Positions 1 to 13,738 of a DNA stretch of 64,000 bases are shown piece by piece; positions within the stretch are counted from its first letter, which is position 1; every line of letters begins with the position of its first letter. The notes beneath the pieces are model-generated. The model was not told the origin of the DNA. It searched no databases and saw nothing but the letters and a program-made list of their open reading frames with translations. Location: assembly GCF_013315695.1 (NCBI RefSeq), contig NZ_CP054353.1; one strand, given 5' to 3'. The stretch comes from Escherichia coli. Its GTDB lineage: Bacteria; Pseudomonadota; Gammaproteobacteria; Enterobacterales; Enterobacteriaceae. The translations under genes were made by a program, and so were the position numbers.

Positions 1-1
1 T

Positions 2-445
2 TTCATCGCTCCGGCTATCACCCATAACCCGCTCTCTGATCATCACCAGAAACTGCTGTCTAACTTCTTTGCTCAGACCGAAGCGCTGGCGTTTGGTAAA
101 TCCCGCGAAGTGGTTGAGCAGGAATATCGCGATCAGGGTAAAGATCCGGCAACGCTTGACTACGTGGTGCCGTTCAAAGTGTTCGAAGGTAACCGCCCGA
201 CCAACTCCATCCTGCTGCGTGAAATCACTCCGTTCAGCCTGGGTGCGTTGATTGCGCTGTATGAGCACAAAATCTTTACTCAGGGCGTGATCCTGAACAT
301 CTTCACCTTCGACCAGTGGGGCGTGGAACTGGGTAAACAGCTGGCGAACCGTATTCTGCCAGAGCTGAAAGATGACAAAGAAATCAGCAGCCACGATAGC
401 TCGACCAATGGTCTGATTAACCGCTATAAAGCGTGGCGCGGTTAA
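2..445 (+). CDS. pgi: glucose-6-phosphate isomerase, C-terminal part (5' end lies outside the window)
   Basis: In-frame translation ends ...[20 protein letters not shown], matching the Pgi C-terminus; codon-like composition from the window start; hairpin terminator follows. Confidence 0.9.
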
Positions 446-464
446 TTAAATAACCTTAATAAAA

Positions 465-490
465 ATGCCGACGTTATGTCGGCATTTTTT
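465..490 (+). terminator. rho-independent terminator of pgi
   Basis: Inverted repeat atgccgac-gtta-tgtcggcat followed directly by a T-run. Confidence 0.8.
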
Positions 491-797
491 ATCAGATAAA
501 TCCCCTTGTCTGTGATTTAACGGAAATCATACCGTGAGGTTAATCCTAAAATAGATTTTTAATCGTGATTGATTTCGGAAAATACGCAGAGTAATTACTT
601 TTATTTTTATTTTAAGCTTATGATTTTTAGTGCTATTTATATATAAGCTGAAGCTTATATTTGATATTCATTCCAATTATCCTAAAACCCCATCACTAAT
701 TCCCCGCGCCGTAATTCGCATGCTTTAGTTGTGTATACTCGATCCCGCCCGAAATGTTTTGGGTAAATCTCCATTCATTCAATGAAGGGAAATTGTT

Positions 798-1040
798 ATG
801 AAAAAAGTTCTGTATGGCATTTTTGCCATATCTGCGCTTGCGGCGACTTCTGCGTGGGCTGCACCTGTACAGGTGGGCGAAGCGGCAGGATCGGCAGCAA
901 CGTCGGTTTCGGCGGGTAGTTCCTCCGCGACCAGCGTCAGCACCGTAAGCTCGGCGGTGGGTGTCGCGCTCGCGGCAACCGGTGGCGGTGATGGTTCTAA
1001 TACCGGGACCACCACAACCACGACCACCAGTACCCAGTAA
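798..1040 (+). CDS. yjbE: small secreted Ser/Thr/Gly-rich protein, first gene of the yjbEFGH exopolysaccharide operon
   Basis: 80-aa ORF with signal peptide [21 protein letters not shown] and a low-complexity S/T/G/A body; position after pgi matches K-12. Confidence 0.85.
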
Positions 1041-1153
1041 TAAAGTATGTATCCCCAAAATAATTCGAGTCATCGCATCTGTGGCTTGAAGTATGAAGGG
1101 ATTTACCATAACCACACTCCGGTGTGGTTATTCTGCCCCTCTGGAGAAGAGTC

Positions 1154-1792
1154 GTGAAGCGACCTGCACTCATTCTTATCTGCCTGCTATTACAGGCCTG
1201 TTCAGCCACGACTAAAGAGCTGGGCAATTCACTGTGGGACAGTCTGTTCGGTACGCCAGGCGTACAGCTGACGGACGATGATATTCAAAATATGCCCTAC
1301 GCCAGCCAGTACATGCAGCTTAATGGCGGGCCGCAGTTATTTGTGGTGCTGGCCTTCGCTGAAGACGGACAACAAAAATGGGTCACTCAGGATCAGGCCA
1401 CCCTTGTCACACAACATGGTCGTCTGGTGAAGACTTTGCTTGGCGGCGACAACCTGATTGAAGTGAATAACCTTGCCGCCGACCCGCTGATTAAACCCGC
1501 ACAAATCATTGATGGTGCAACCTGGACGCGCACGATGGGCTGGACCGAGTACCAGCAGGTACGCTACGCCACCGCGCGCTCAGTCTTCAAATGGAATGGC
1601 ACCGATACCGTCAAAGTCGGCAGCGATGAAACCCCGGTTCGCGTGCTGGACGAAGAAGTCTTTACTGACCAGGCGCGCTGGCATAACCGCTATTGGATCG
1701 ACAGCGAAGGGCAAATTCGCCAGTCGGAACAGTATCTCGGCGCGGATTACTTCCCGGTGAAAACCACCCTCATCAAGGCGGCAAAACAATGA
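1154..1792 (+). CDS. yjbF: lipoprotein YjbF
   Basis: GTG start gives VKRPALILICLLLQAC with a lipobox (LQAC); 212 aa; start chosen from the signal peptide rather than the upstream ATG of the ORF track. Confidence 0.8.
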   Translation: MKRPALILICLLLQACSATTKELGNSLWDSLFGTPGVQLTDDDIQNMPYASQYMQLNGGPQLFVVLAFAEDGQQKWVTQDQATLVTQHGRLVKTLLGGDNLIEVNNLAADPLIKPAQIIDGATWTRTMGWTEYQQVRYATARSVFKWNGTDTVKVGSDETPVRVLDEEVFTDQARWHNRYWIDSEGQIRQSEQYLGADYFPVKTTLIKAAKQ

Positions 1793-2526
1793 TTAAACAA
1801 ACTATTGTCGCGTTGCTTTTGAGTGCGGGGGCGTCATCAGTCTTCGCGGCGGGAACCGTCAAGGTGTTCAGCAATGGCAGCAGTGAGGCTAAAACGCTGA
1901 CGGGCGCAGAGCATTTAATCGATCTGGTAGGCCAACCGCAGCTGGCAAACAGCTGGTGGCCTGGTGCGGTGATTAGCGAAGAGCTGGCCACGGCGGCAGC
2001 ATTGCGTCAGCAGCAGGCGTTGCTGACACGGCTGGCAGAACTGGCTGCAGATTCCAGCGCCGACGATGCCGCCGCAATTAACGCCTTACGCCAGCAAATT
2101 CAGGCGTTGAAAGTGACGGGCAGGCAAAAAATCAATCTTGATCCTGATATCGTCCGCGTTGCCGAACGCGGTAACCCGCCGTTGCAGGGCAACTACACGC
2201 TGTGGGTCGGACCGCCGCCGTCCACGGTCACGTTGTTCGGGCTTATCAGTCGTCCAGGCAAGCAGTCATTCACTCCAGGTCGCGACGTGGCGAGCTATCT
2301 CTCTGACCAGAGCCTGCTCAGCGGTGCGGATCGAAGCTACGCGTGGGTGGTTTACCCGGACGGACGCACGCAAAAAGCGCCGGTGGCTTACTGGAACAAG
2401 CGTCACGTAGAGCCGATGCCCGGCAGCATTATTTATGTTGGCCTCGCGGACTCCGTCTGGAGTGAGACGTCTGATGCCCTTAACGCCGACATTCTTCAGA
2501 CTCTGACGCAGCGGATACCCCAATAA
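1789..2526 (+). CDS. yjbG: periplasmic protein YjbG
   Basis: ATG at 1789 overlaps the yjbF stop; signal peptide [20 protein letters not shown]; 245 aa. Confidence 0.8.
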   Translation: MIKQTIVALLLSAGASSVFAAGTVKVFSNGSSEAKTLTGAEHLIDLVGQPQLANSWWPGAVISEELATAAALRQQQALLTRLAELAADSSADDAAAINALRQQIQALKVTGRQKINLDPDIVRVAERGNPPLQGNYTLWVGPPPSTVTLFGLISRPGKQSFTPGRDVASYLSDQSLLSGADRSYAWVVYPDGRTQKAPVAYWNKRHVEPMPGSIIYVGLADSVWSETSDALNADILQTLTQRIPQ

Positions 2527-4622
2527 TGAAAAAAAGACATCTGCTTAGCTTACTGGCGCTGGGCATTAGCACAGCTTGCTACGGCGAAACATATCCTGCG
2601 CCCATTGGTCCGTCGCAATCGGATTTCGGTGGCGTAGGATTATTACAAACGCCCACCGCGCGCATGGCGCGGGAAGGGGAGCTGAGCCTGAACTATCGCG
2701 ATAACGATCAGTACCGTTATTACTCAGCTTCAGTGCAACTCTTCCCGTGGCTGGAAACAACGCTGCGCTACACCGACGTGCGCACCCGGCAGTACAGCAG
2801 CGTAGAAGCATTCTCTGGCGATCAGACGTATAAAGATAAAGCCTTCGATCTCAAACTGCGTTTGTGGGAAGAGAGTTATTGGCTGCCGCAAGTGGCGGTT
2901 GGTGCGCGGGATATCGGCGGTACGGGGCTGTTTGATGCGGAATATCTTGTTGCCAGCAAAGCCTGGGGGCCGTTCGATTTTACGCTCGGCCTGGGCTGGG
3001 GATATCTGGGCACCAGCGGTAATGTGAAAAATCCGCTCTGTTCAGCCAGTGATAAATATTGCTATCGCGATAACAGCTACAAACAGGCGGGATCTATCGA
3101 CGGTAGCCAGATGTTCCACGGCCCGGCCTCACTGTTTGGCGGCGTGGAATACCAGACGCCCTGGCAACCGCTGCGCCTGAAACTGGAGTATGAAGGCAAT
3201 AATTATCAGCAGGATTTTGCCGGGAAGCTGGAGCAAAAAAGTAAGTTTAACGTCGGGGCGATTTATCGCGTTACCGATTGGGCCGACGTTAACCTTAGCT
3301 ATGAACGTGGCAACACCTTTATGTTTGGCGTCACGCTGCGCACCAACTTTAACGATCTGCGTCCTTCGTATAACGATAACGCCCGCCCGCAATATCAACC
3401 GCAGCCACAGGATGCCATTTTGCAGCATTCGGTGGTGGCGAATCAGTTAACGTTGCTGAAATACAACGCCGGACTGGCCGATCCGCAGATCCAGGCGAAA
3501 GGCGATACGCTGTATGTCACGGGCGAGCAGGTGAAATATCGTGATTCGCGCGAAGGGATCATCCGTGCTAATCGGATCGTGATGAACGATCTGCCGGATG
3601 GGATCAAAACGATCCGCATTACGGAAAATCGCCTTAACATGCCGCAGGTGACGACGGAAACCGATGTCGCCAGCCTGAAAAATCATCTCGCCGGAGAGCC
3701 GTTGGGCCACGAAACGAAGCTGGCGCAAAAACGCGTCGAGCCAGTGGTTCCGAAGTCCACCGAGCAGGGCTGGTATATCGACAAATCACGCTTTGATTTC
3801 CATATCGATCCGGTGCTGAACCAGTCGGTCGGTGGCCCGGAAAACTTTTACATGTATCAGCTGGGCGTGATGGGAACGGCGGATTTGTGGCTGACGGACC
3901 ATCTGCTGACCACCGGCAGCCTGTTTGCTAACCTGGCTAACAACTACGACAAGTTTAACTACACCAATCCGCCGCAGGACTCGCACTTACCGCGCGTTCG
4001 TACCCATGTGCGCGAGTATGTGCAGAATGATGTCTATGTGAATAACCTGCAAGCCAACTACTTCCAGCATCTGGGCAACGGCTTCTACGGTCAGGTCTAC
4101 GGTGGTTATCTCGAAACCATGTTTGGCGGTGCGGGGGCAGAAGTGTTGTATCGCCCGCTGGACAGCAACTGGGCGTTTGGTCTGGATGCCAACTACGTTA
4201 AACAGCGCGACTGGCGTAGTGCAAAAGATATGATGAAATTCACCGACTACAGCGTGAAAACCGGACATCTGACCGCCTACTGGACGCCATCTTTCGCTCA
4301 GGATGTGTTAGTGAAAGCCAGCGTCGGGCAGTATCTGGCTGGGGATAAAGGCGGCACGCTGGAGATCGCCAAACGCTTTGATAGCGGCGTGGTAGTGGGG
4401 GGCTATGCCACCATCACGAATGTTTCGAAAGAGGAGTACGGCGAAGGGGACTTCACCAAAGGCGTATATGTCTCTGTACCGCTGGATCTCTTCTCGTCTG
4501 GCCCAACACGCAGTCGTGCGGCAATTGGCTGGACGCCGCTGACGCGTGACGGTGGTCAGCAACTTGGGCGTAAGTTCCAGTTGTATGACATGACCAGCGA
4601 CCGTAGCGTCAATTTCCGCTAA
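2526..4622 (+). CDS. yjbH: outer-membrane lipoprotein-like protein YjbH
   Basis: 698-aa ORF whose start overlaps the yjbG stop; signal peptide with LGISTAC lipobox; synteny. Confidence 0.85.
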   Translation: MKKRHLLSLLALGISTACYGETYPAPIGPSQSDFGGVGLLQTPTARMAREGELSLNYRDNDQYRYYSASVQLFPWLETTLRYTDVRTRQYSSVEAFSGDQTYKDKAFDLKLRLWEESYWLPQVAVGARDIGGTGLFDAEYLVASKAWGPFDFTLGLGWGYLGTSGNVKNPLCSASDKYCYRDNSYKQAGSIDGSQMFHGPASLFGGVEYQTPWQPLRLKLEYEGNNYQQDFAGKLEQKSKFNVGAIYRVTDWADVNLSYERGNTFMFGVTLRTNFNDLRPSYNDNARPQYQPQPQDAILQHSVVANQLTLLKYNAGLADPQIQAKGDTLYVTGEQVKYRDSREGIIRANRIVMNDLPDGIKTIRITENRLNMPQVTTETDVASLKNHLAGEPLGHETKLAQKRVEPVVPKSTEQGWYIDKSRFDFHIDPVLNQSVGGPENFYMYQLGVMGTADLWLTDHLLTTGSLFANLANNYDKFNYTNPPQDSHLPRVRTHVREYVQNDVYVNNLQANYFQHLGNGFYGQVYGGYLETMFGGAGAEVLYRPLDSNWAFGLDANYVKQRDWRSAKDMMKFTDYSVKTGHLTAYWTPSFAQDVLVKASVGQYLAGDKGGTLEIAKRFDSGVVVGGYATITNVSKEEYGEGDFTKGVYVSVPLDLFSSGPTRSRAAIGWTPLTRDGGQQLGRKFQLYDMTSDRSVNFR

Positions 4623-4668
4623 GTCATGGGAAAGGTGCCAGTTTTCGCACTCACTGGCACCTTTATTC

Positions 4669-4947
4669 TTAATGGCCTGTCGAGCCATCAGGAACGCAGT
4701 TCACCCCCGGTTTGCGATCTGGTGTGTAAAGGCGAAAACATTCTGTCTTCCTGTCCGTCGATATTGGTTGCAGGTCTGGTTGCCTGAGCGACTGGGCCAT
4801 CATTGGGCTGGAGACATTGCTTTGCGGTAGGTCGGTTTTATCAGCAGTACCGAGCGGACCAGCATAAGCAGGAAGAACAGAGACTGATAACATCAAAGCA
4901 GCAAAATAAGGCTTCATTTTTACCACCTTTATCAGGTTACGTTTCAT
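4669..4947 (-). CDS. yjbT: small secreted protein (probable YjbT)
   Basis: 92-aa ORF between yjbH and psiE with an internal signal peptide (MKPYFAALMLSVSVLPAYA); true start may be the second Met. Confidence 0.45.
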   Translation of the reverse strand: MKRNLIKVVKMKPYFAALMLSVSVLPAYAGPLGTADKTDLPQSNVSSPMMAQSLRQPDLQPISTDRKTECFRLYTPDRKPGVNCVPDGSTGH

Positions 4948-5161
4948 TTGTTCCAGAGGAACATTGTCGATTTTTTGCGCATTGCTGGTGGCTGGGAATC
5001 ACCTGAATGGGTGATTTTTTTGGGCTGTGTGTTTTGCCAGATGCGACGTTGATGGGAGATGCCCACTTAATCTAGCTGAACAAAACATACACAAAAAATA
5101 TAGATCTCCGTCACATTTTTGCGTTATACAGGAAGCTCGCCACTGTGAAGGAGGTACTGCT

Positions 5162-5572
5162 ATGACGTCACTCTCTCGTCCGCGCGTGGAGTTTATCTCC
5201 ACCATTTTGCAGACCGTACTCAATCTTGGCCTGCTGTGCCTCGGCCTGATTTTGGTTGTCTTCCTCGGCAAAGAAACGGTGCATCTGGCTGATGTGCTGT
5301 TCGCGCCAGAACAAACCAGCAAATATGAGCTGGTAGAAGGGCTGGTGGTTTACTTTCTCTATTTCGAATTTATCGCGCTGATTGTGAAGTACTTTCAGTC
5401 CGGTTTTCACTTCCCGCTACGTTACTTTGTCTATATTGGGATCACCGCCATTGTGTGCTTGATCATCGTCGATCATAAATCACCACTGGATGTGTTGATC
5501 TACTCGGCAGCGATCCTGTTACTGGTGATCACCCTGTGGTTGTGTAATTCGAAACGGCTGAAGCGGGAGTAA
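5162..5572 (+). CDS. psiE: phosphate-starvation-inducible inner membrane protein PsiE
   Basis: 136-aa hydrophobic protein starting [19 protein letters not shown]; start taken at the internal ATG of the longer track ORF. Confidence 0.85.
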   Translation: MTSLSRPRVEFISTILQTVLNLGLLCLGLILVVFLGKETVHLADVLFAPEQTSKYELVEGLVVYFLYFEFIALIVKYFQSGFHFPLRYFVYIGITAIVCLIIVDHKSPLDVLIYSAAILLLVITLWLCNSKRLKRE

Positions 5573-5595
5573 AAAAAGGCGCTCCGTGGAGCGCC
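5571..5595. terminator. bidirectional hairpin terminator shared by psiE and the malEFG operon
   Basis: A-run then ggcgctccgtggagcgcc stem-loop between convergent psiE and malG; read on the minus strand it is a hairpin followed by a T-run. Confidence 0.7.
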
Positions 5596-5665
5596 GAATA
5601 ACAGTCACAAGTTGGGATAACGTAAGTTGAGGGTGCAGCGGCATAACATTGGCAGAACAACATCT

Positions 5666-6556
5666 TTAACCTTTCACACCACCTGCCGTCAGGCCGTTGA
5701 CCAGCCAGCGTTGAGCCAGCAAGAAGACGATGGTGATCGGTAATGCAGACATCACGGCAGCGGCGGCAAAGTCACCCCACAGGTAGTTTTGCGGGTTGAG
5801 GTATTGCTGCATCCCCACAGCCAGGGTGTAGCTGTTTACGTCACGCAGTAATAGCGACGCGACCGGAACTTCAGTAATGGCAGCGATAAACGACAGGATG
5901 AACACCACCGCCAGAATCGGTACTGACAGCGGCAACAGGACAAGGCGGAAGGCCTGCCACGGTGTCGCACCATCCAGCGCCGCCGCTTCTTCCAGCGAAC
6001 TGTCGATGGTTTCGAAATAACCTTTGATGGTCCAGACATGCAGCGCAATCCCGCCCAGATACGCGAAAATTACGCCGCCGTGAGTATTCAGGCCAATGAA
6101 TGGAATGTACTCACCCAGACGATCAAACAACGCATACAACGCGACCAGTGAAAGTACTGCCGGGAACATCTGGAAAATCAGCATTCCTTTCAGCAGCGTC
6201 GCTTTGCCTGGAAAGCGCATACGGGCGAAAGCGTAGGCGCAGGTGGTGGAGAGCGCCACAATGCCAATCGCGGAAATCCCGGCGACCTTTACCGAGTTCC
6301 ACAGCCACAGCAGTACCGGGAATGGCGGTGGCGTAATGCGGCCATCAGCCTGTTCCACACTAAAACCTAACGCCAGTTTCCAGTGATCCCAGGAGATTTG
6401 CTCCGGGATCAGGCTGCCAGTCGCGAAGTTCCCCTGACGCAGCGAGATGGCGACGACCATCAGCAGCGGGAACATAATCGCCGCGATAAAAAGTAGCAGT
6501 AGCAGGTGAGTAATAAACAAACGTGCTTTTTGCGATTTCGGTTGGACCATTGCCAT
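5666..6556 (-). CDS. malG: maltose ABC transporter permease MalG
   Basis: 296-aa multi-pass membrane protein; synteny with malF and malE. Confidence 0.95.
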
Positions 6557-6570
6557 TTTTGTTATCTCCC

Positions 6571-8115
6571 TTAATCAAACTTCATTCGCGTGGCTTTCAG
6601 GTTCACTATCGCCAGCGCACCCACCAGCAGGAAGATCAGCGTGGCAATTGCTGCTGCCAGACCGAAGTCCTGACCCCCGCCGCCTTCAAAAGCGATGCGG
6701 TAGGTGTAGTTAACAAGCAGGTCGGTATAACCGGCTGGCGTGGTCGTGCCAAGACGATCCGGGCCGCCGTTGGTTAACAGTTGAATCAGCACGAAGTTGT
6801 TAAAGTTAAAGGCGAAGCTGGCGATCATCAGCGGCGTCAGCGGTTTAATCAGCAGCGGCAGCGTAATCTTAAAGAAGTTCTGGAACGGACCTGCGCCATC
6901 CATTGCTGAGGCTTCATACAAATCGTCCGGAATCGCTTTCAGCAAGCCCATGCAGAGGATCATCATGTACGGATAACCCAGCCAGGTATTGACGATAATC
7001 AGCATCGTTCGGGCGGTGGTCGGATCGCTGAACCAGGCGGGCTTCACGCCAAACAGCGCGCTCAACATCATGTTGATCTCACCGAAGCTCTGGTTAAACA
7101 ACCCTTTGAAAATCAAGATTGAAATGAACGATGGCACCGCGTAGGGCAGAATAAGCAGGACGCGATAGACCGCTTTGCCGCGCAACGCTTCCCACTGCAC
7201 CAGACACGCCAGAACCATGCCGACCGCCACCGTTAAAAAGACAGTGATCAGCGAGAACACCACGGTCCAGACGAAAATGGCGAGGAACGGTTTCTGAATG
7301 CCTTCGTCGGTAAAGACGCGGGTAAAGTTTTTCCAGCCGGTGGTCACGGTGTAACCGGGGCTTAGCTTTTCATCACCCCAGTTGCCGTCAGCAGTGATGG
7401 ACTGGTAAAAACCAATCTGGTCGTTTGGACGATATTTTACGCCACTCTGATTATTGGTCAGCGTGCCGTCACCGTCGAGTGTGTAGAGCGGCTGCGTGCC
7501 AGAAAACTGGCGCAGGGAGCTCATCATCACTTTGTTGCCATCCGGCAGAATGGCGGTAATGTCACTCAGTGCCTGACGATTCTGGGTAATCACGCGCAGA
7601 TTCGCGCGTTCGCCTTCGGGCTGGGCGGTCGTTTCTTTCAGTTGCAGTTTTTGCTCGCCGCCAAATTTAAACGCGTCGGAGAGGTAATTTTTGCCGGTTT
7701 CGCCGTCGCTGAGCGCCAGTTGCCACTCATCGCCCGCCGGGTAAAGACCAAAATTATAGGTTTTGCCTGCTTGCCAGGAGCGATCTAACAACACTTCCTG
7801 CGCACGTTCAAAAGTCAGCTGGTTAGTGCTGCTGTAGTTGGTAAAGGCAATGGCGATGGTGCAGACCAAAGGGAAGAGGACGAATAATCCCATTCCAGCC
7901 ATTCCCGGGTAAACATAGCGCCAGGCGTAGGCTTTACGATTGGCGAAAATATACAGCCCCGCTGAACTCAATATCAGCGTGGTAATGGCGAACAGGTATT
8001 CCCCTTGTGCGTACATTAAAACAACAAGGTAACCCACCAGCAGGCCGAGCAGACCTAACACTGACCATTTCAGCGCGTCGCTTTGCCACCAATGTTTCTT
8101 TTTAATGACATCCAT
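6571..8115 (-). CDS. malF: maltose ABC transporter permease MalF
   Basis: Start set at [17 protein letters not shown] (514 aa); contains the large periplasmic loop typical of MalF. Confidence 0.93.
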   Translation of the reverse strand: MDVIKKKHWWQSDALKWSVLGLLGLLVGYLVVLMYAQGEYLFAITTLILSSAGLYIFANRKAYAWRYVYPGMAGMGLFVLFPLVCTIAIAFTNYSSTNQLTFERAQEVLLDRSWQAGKTYNFGLYPAGDEWQLALSDGETGKNYLSDAFKFGGEQKLQLKETTAQPEGERANLRVITQNRQALSDITAILPDGNKVMMSSLRQFSGTQPLYTLDGDGTLTNNQSGVKYRPNDQIGFYQSITADGNWGDEKLSPGYTVTTGWKNFTRVFTDEGIQKPFLAIFVWTVVFSLITVFLTVAVGMVLACLVQWEALRGKAVYRVLLILPYAVPSFISILIFKGLFNQSFGEINMMLSALFGVKPAWFSDPTTARTMLIIVNTWLGYPYMMILCMGLLKAIPDDLYEASAMDGAGPFQNFFKITLPLLIKPLTPLMIASFAFNFNNFVLIQLLTNGGPDRLGTTTPAGYTDLLVNYTYRIAFEGGGGQDFGLAAAIATLIFLLVGALAIVNLKATRMKFD

Positions 8116-8136
8116 GGGGTTCTTCCTCATTCCAGG

Positions 8137-8260
8137 ACGGATAAGGCTTTCATACCTTATCCGACAACAACTGCCTGATGCGACGCTGACGCGTCTTATC
8201 AGGCCTACATACGTTTCAATTTCGTAGGCCGGATAAGGCGTTTACCGCATCCGGCATTTC
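8137..8260. repeat. REP (repetitive extragenic palindromic) cluster in the malE-malF intergenic region
   Basis: Palindromic units gcctgatgcgacgctgacgcgtcttatcaggcctac and gtaggccggataaggcgtttaccgcatccggca; this is the classical malE-malF REP location. Confidence 0.9.
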
Positions 8261-8266
8261 ACAGCA

Positions 8267-9821
<1,555 letters not shown>

Positions 9822-10937
9822 ATGGCGAGCGTACAGCTGCAAAATGTAACGAAAGCCTGGGGCGAGGTCGTGGTATCGAAAGATATCAATCTCGATATCC
9901 ATGAAGGTGAATTCGTGGTGTTTGTCGGACCGTCTGGCTGCGGTAAATCGACTTTACTGCGCATGATTGCCGGGCTTGAGACGATCACCAGCGGCGACCT
10001 GTTCATCGGTGAGAAACGGATGAATGACACTCCGCCAGCAGAACGCGGCGTTGGTATGGTGTTTCAGTCTTACGCGCTCTATCCCCACCTGTCAGTAGCA
10101 GAAAATATGTCATTTGGCCTGAAACTGGCAGGCGCAAAAAAAGAGGTGATTAACCAACGCGTTAACCAGGTGGCGGAAGTGCTGCAACTGGCGCATTTGC
10201 TGGATCGCAAACCGAAAGCGCTCTCCGGTGGTCAGCGTCAGCGTGTGGCGATTGGCCGTACGCTGGTGGCCGAGCCAAGCGTATTTTTGCTCGATGAACC
10301 GCTCTCCAACCTCGATGCTGCACTGCGTGTGCAAATGCGTATCGAAATCTCCCGTCTGCATAAACGCCTGGGCCGCACAATGATTTACGTCACCCACGAT
10401 CAGGTCGAAGCGATGACGCTGGCCGACAAAATCGTGGTGCTGGACGCCGGTCGCGTGGCGCAGGTTGGGAAACCGCTGGAGCTGTACCACTATCCGGCAG
10501 ACCGTTTTGTCGCCGGATTTATCGGTTCGCCAAAGATGAACTTCCTGCCAGTAAAAGTGACCGCCACCGCAATCGATCAAGTGCAGGTGGAGCTGCCGAT
10601 GCCAAATCGTCAGCAAGTCTGGCTGCCGGTTGAAAGCCGTGATGTCCAGGTTGGAGCCAATATGTCGCTGGGTATTCGCCCGGAACATCTACTGCCGAGT
10701 GATATCGCTGACGTCATCCTTGAGGGTGAAGTTCAGGTCGTCGAGCAACTCGGCAACGAAACCCAAATCCATATCCAGATCCCTTCCATTCGTCAAAACC
10801 TGGTGTACCGCCAGAACGACGTGGTGTTGGTAGAAGAAGGTGCCACATTCGCTATCGGCCTGCCGCCAGAGCGTTGCCATCTGTTCCGTGAGGATGGCAC
10901 TGCATGTCGTCGACTGCATAAGGAGCCGGGCGTTTAA
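9822..10937 (+). CDS. malK: maltose ABC transporter ATP-binding protein MalK
   Basis: Start [15 protein letters not shown]; Walker [10 protein letters not shown]; ABC signature LSGGQRQR; 371 aa. Confidence 0.95.
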   Translation: MASVQLQNVTKAWGEVVVSKDINLDIHEGEFVVFVGPSGCGKSTLLRMIAGLETITSGDLFIGEKRMNDTPPAERGVGMVFQSYALYPHLSVAENMSFGLKLAGAKKEVINQRVNQVAEVLQLAHLLDRKPKALSGGQRQRVAIGRTLVAEPSVFLLDEPLSNLDAALRVQMRIEISRLHKRLGRTMIYVTHDQVEAMTLADKIVVLDAGRVAQVGKPLELYHYPADRFVAGFIGSPKMNFLPVKVTATAIDQVQVELPMPNRQQVWLPVESRDVQVGANMSLGIRPEHLLPSDIADVILEGEVQVVEQLGNETQIHIQIPSIRQNLVYRQNDVVLVEEGATFAIGLPPERCHLFREDGTACRRLHKEPGV

Positions 10938-10978
10938 GCACCCCACAAAACACACAAAGCCTGTCACAGGTGATGTGA

Positions 10979-12349
<1,371 letters not shown>

Positions 12350-12355
12350 TAGCAA

Positions 12356-12485
<130 letters not shown>

Positions 12486-12590
12486 AAAAACAGGTTGTCA
12501 TTATCTGAAAGGGGCGAAAGCCCCTCTGATTATCGGGTTTAGCGCGCTATTGCCTGGCTACCGCTGAGCTCCAGATTTTGAGGTGAAACA

Positions 12591-13511
12591 ATGAAAATGA
12601 ATAAAAGTCTCATCGCCCTCTGTTTATCAGCAGGGTTGCTGGCAAGCGCGCCTGGAATCGGCCTTGCCGATGTTAACTACGTACCGCAAAACACCAGCGA
12701 CACGCCAGCCATTCCATCTGCCGCGCTGCAACAACTCACCTGGACACCGGTCGATCAATCTAAAACCCAGACCACCCAACTGGCGACTGGCGGCCAACAA
12801 CTGAACGTTCCCGGCATCAGTGGTCCGGTTGCTGCGTACAGCGTCCCGGCAAACATTGGCGAACTGACCCTAACGCTGACCAGCGAAGTGAACAAGCAAA
12901 CTAGCGTATTTGCGCCGAACGTGCTGATTCTTGATCAGAACATGACCCCATCAGCCTTCTTCCCCAGCAGTTATTTCACCTACCAGGAACCAGGCGTGAT
13001 GAGTGCAGATCGGCTGGAAGGTGTTATGCGCCTGACACCGGCGTTGGGGCAGCAAAAACTTTATGTTCTGGTCTTTACCACGGAAAAAGACCTCCAGCAG
13101 ACGACCCAACTGCTCGACCCGGCTAAAGCCTATGCCAAAGGCGTCGGTAACTCGATCCCGGATATTCCTGACCCGGTTGCTCGTCATACCACCGATGGCT
13201 TACTGAAACTGAAAGTGAAAACGAACTCCAGTTCCAGCGTGTTGGTCGGGCCTCTATTTGGTTCTTCCGCTCCAGCTCCGGTTACGGTAGGCAACACGGC
13301 GGCACCAGCTGTGGCTGCACCCGCTCCGGCACCGGTGAAGAAAAGCGAGCCGATGCTCAACGACACGGAAAGTTATTTTAATACCGCGATCAAAAACGCT
13401 GTCGCGAAAGGTGATGTTGATAAGGCGTTAAAACTGCTTGATGAAGCTGAACGCCTGGGGTCGACATCTGCCCGTTCCACCTTTATCAGCAGTGTAAAAG
13501 GCAAGGGGTAA
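12591..13511 (+). CDS. malM: periplasmic protein MalM
   Basis: 306-aa ORF with signal peptide; last gene of the malK-lamB-malM operon. Confidence 0.9.
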   Translation: MKMNKSLIALCLSAGLLASAPGIGLADVNYVPQNTSDTPAIPSAALQQLTWTPVDQSKTQTTQLATGGQQLNVPGISGPVAAYSVPANIGELTLTLTSEVNKQTSVFAPNVLILDQNMTPSAFFPSSYFTYQEPGVMSADRLEGVMRLTPALGQQKLYVLVFTTEKDLQQTTQLLDPAKAYAKGVGNSIPDIPDPVARHTTDGLLKLKVKTNSSSSVLVGPLFGSSAPAPVTVGNTAAPAVAAPAPAPVKKSEPMLNDTESYFNTAIKNAVAKGDVDKALKLLDEAERLGSTSARSTFISSVKGKG

Positions 13512-13738
13512 TTACGCCCTACAGTGCTGATTTTGCAACAACTGGTGCGTCTCCTGGCGCACCTTTTTTTATGCTTCATTCCTGGGATATGAGCGATTTT
13601 TTATAGTACTTCGCTTCTTCTTCACTAAGAATATCCATTATCTCAATGCCTTATCAGAGATTCTTTTCCTTTCACCGGTAGTGTCTGGACGCTCAGGCTA
13701 CTTTTCCAGTAATTTCATTTCTGTAATACAGAGGTTTT

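Noticed and set aside
696-1227. Overlapping ORFs antisense or out of frame to yjbE (139, 82 and 76 aa)
   Set aside because: They arise from the low-complexity Ser/Thr/Gly-rich yjbE coding sequence read in other frames; no independent signals.
10110-10688. 192-aa minus-strand ORF inside malK
   Set aside because: Fully embedded antisense to a well-supported ABC ATPase gene; typical spurious ORF.
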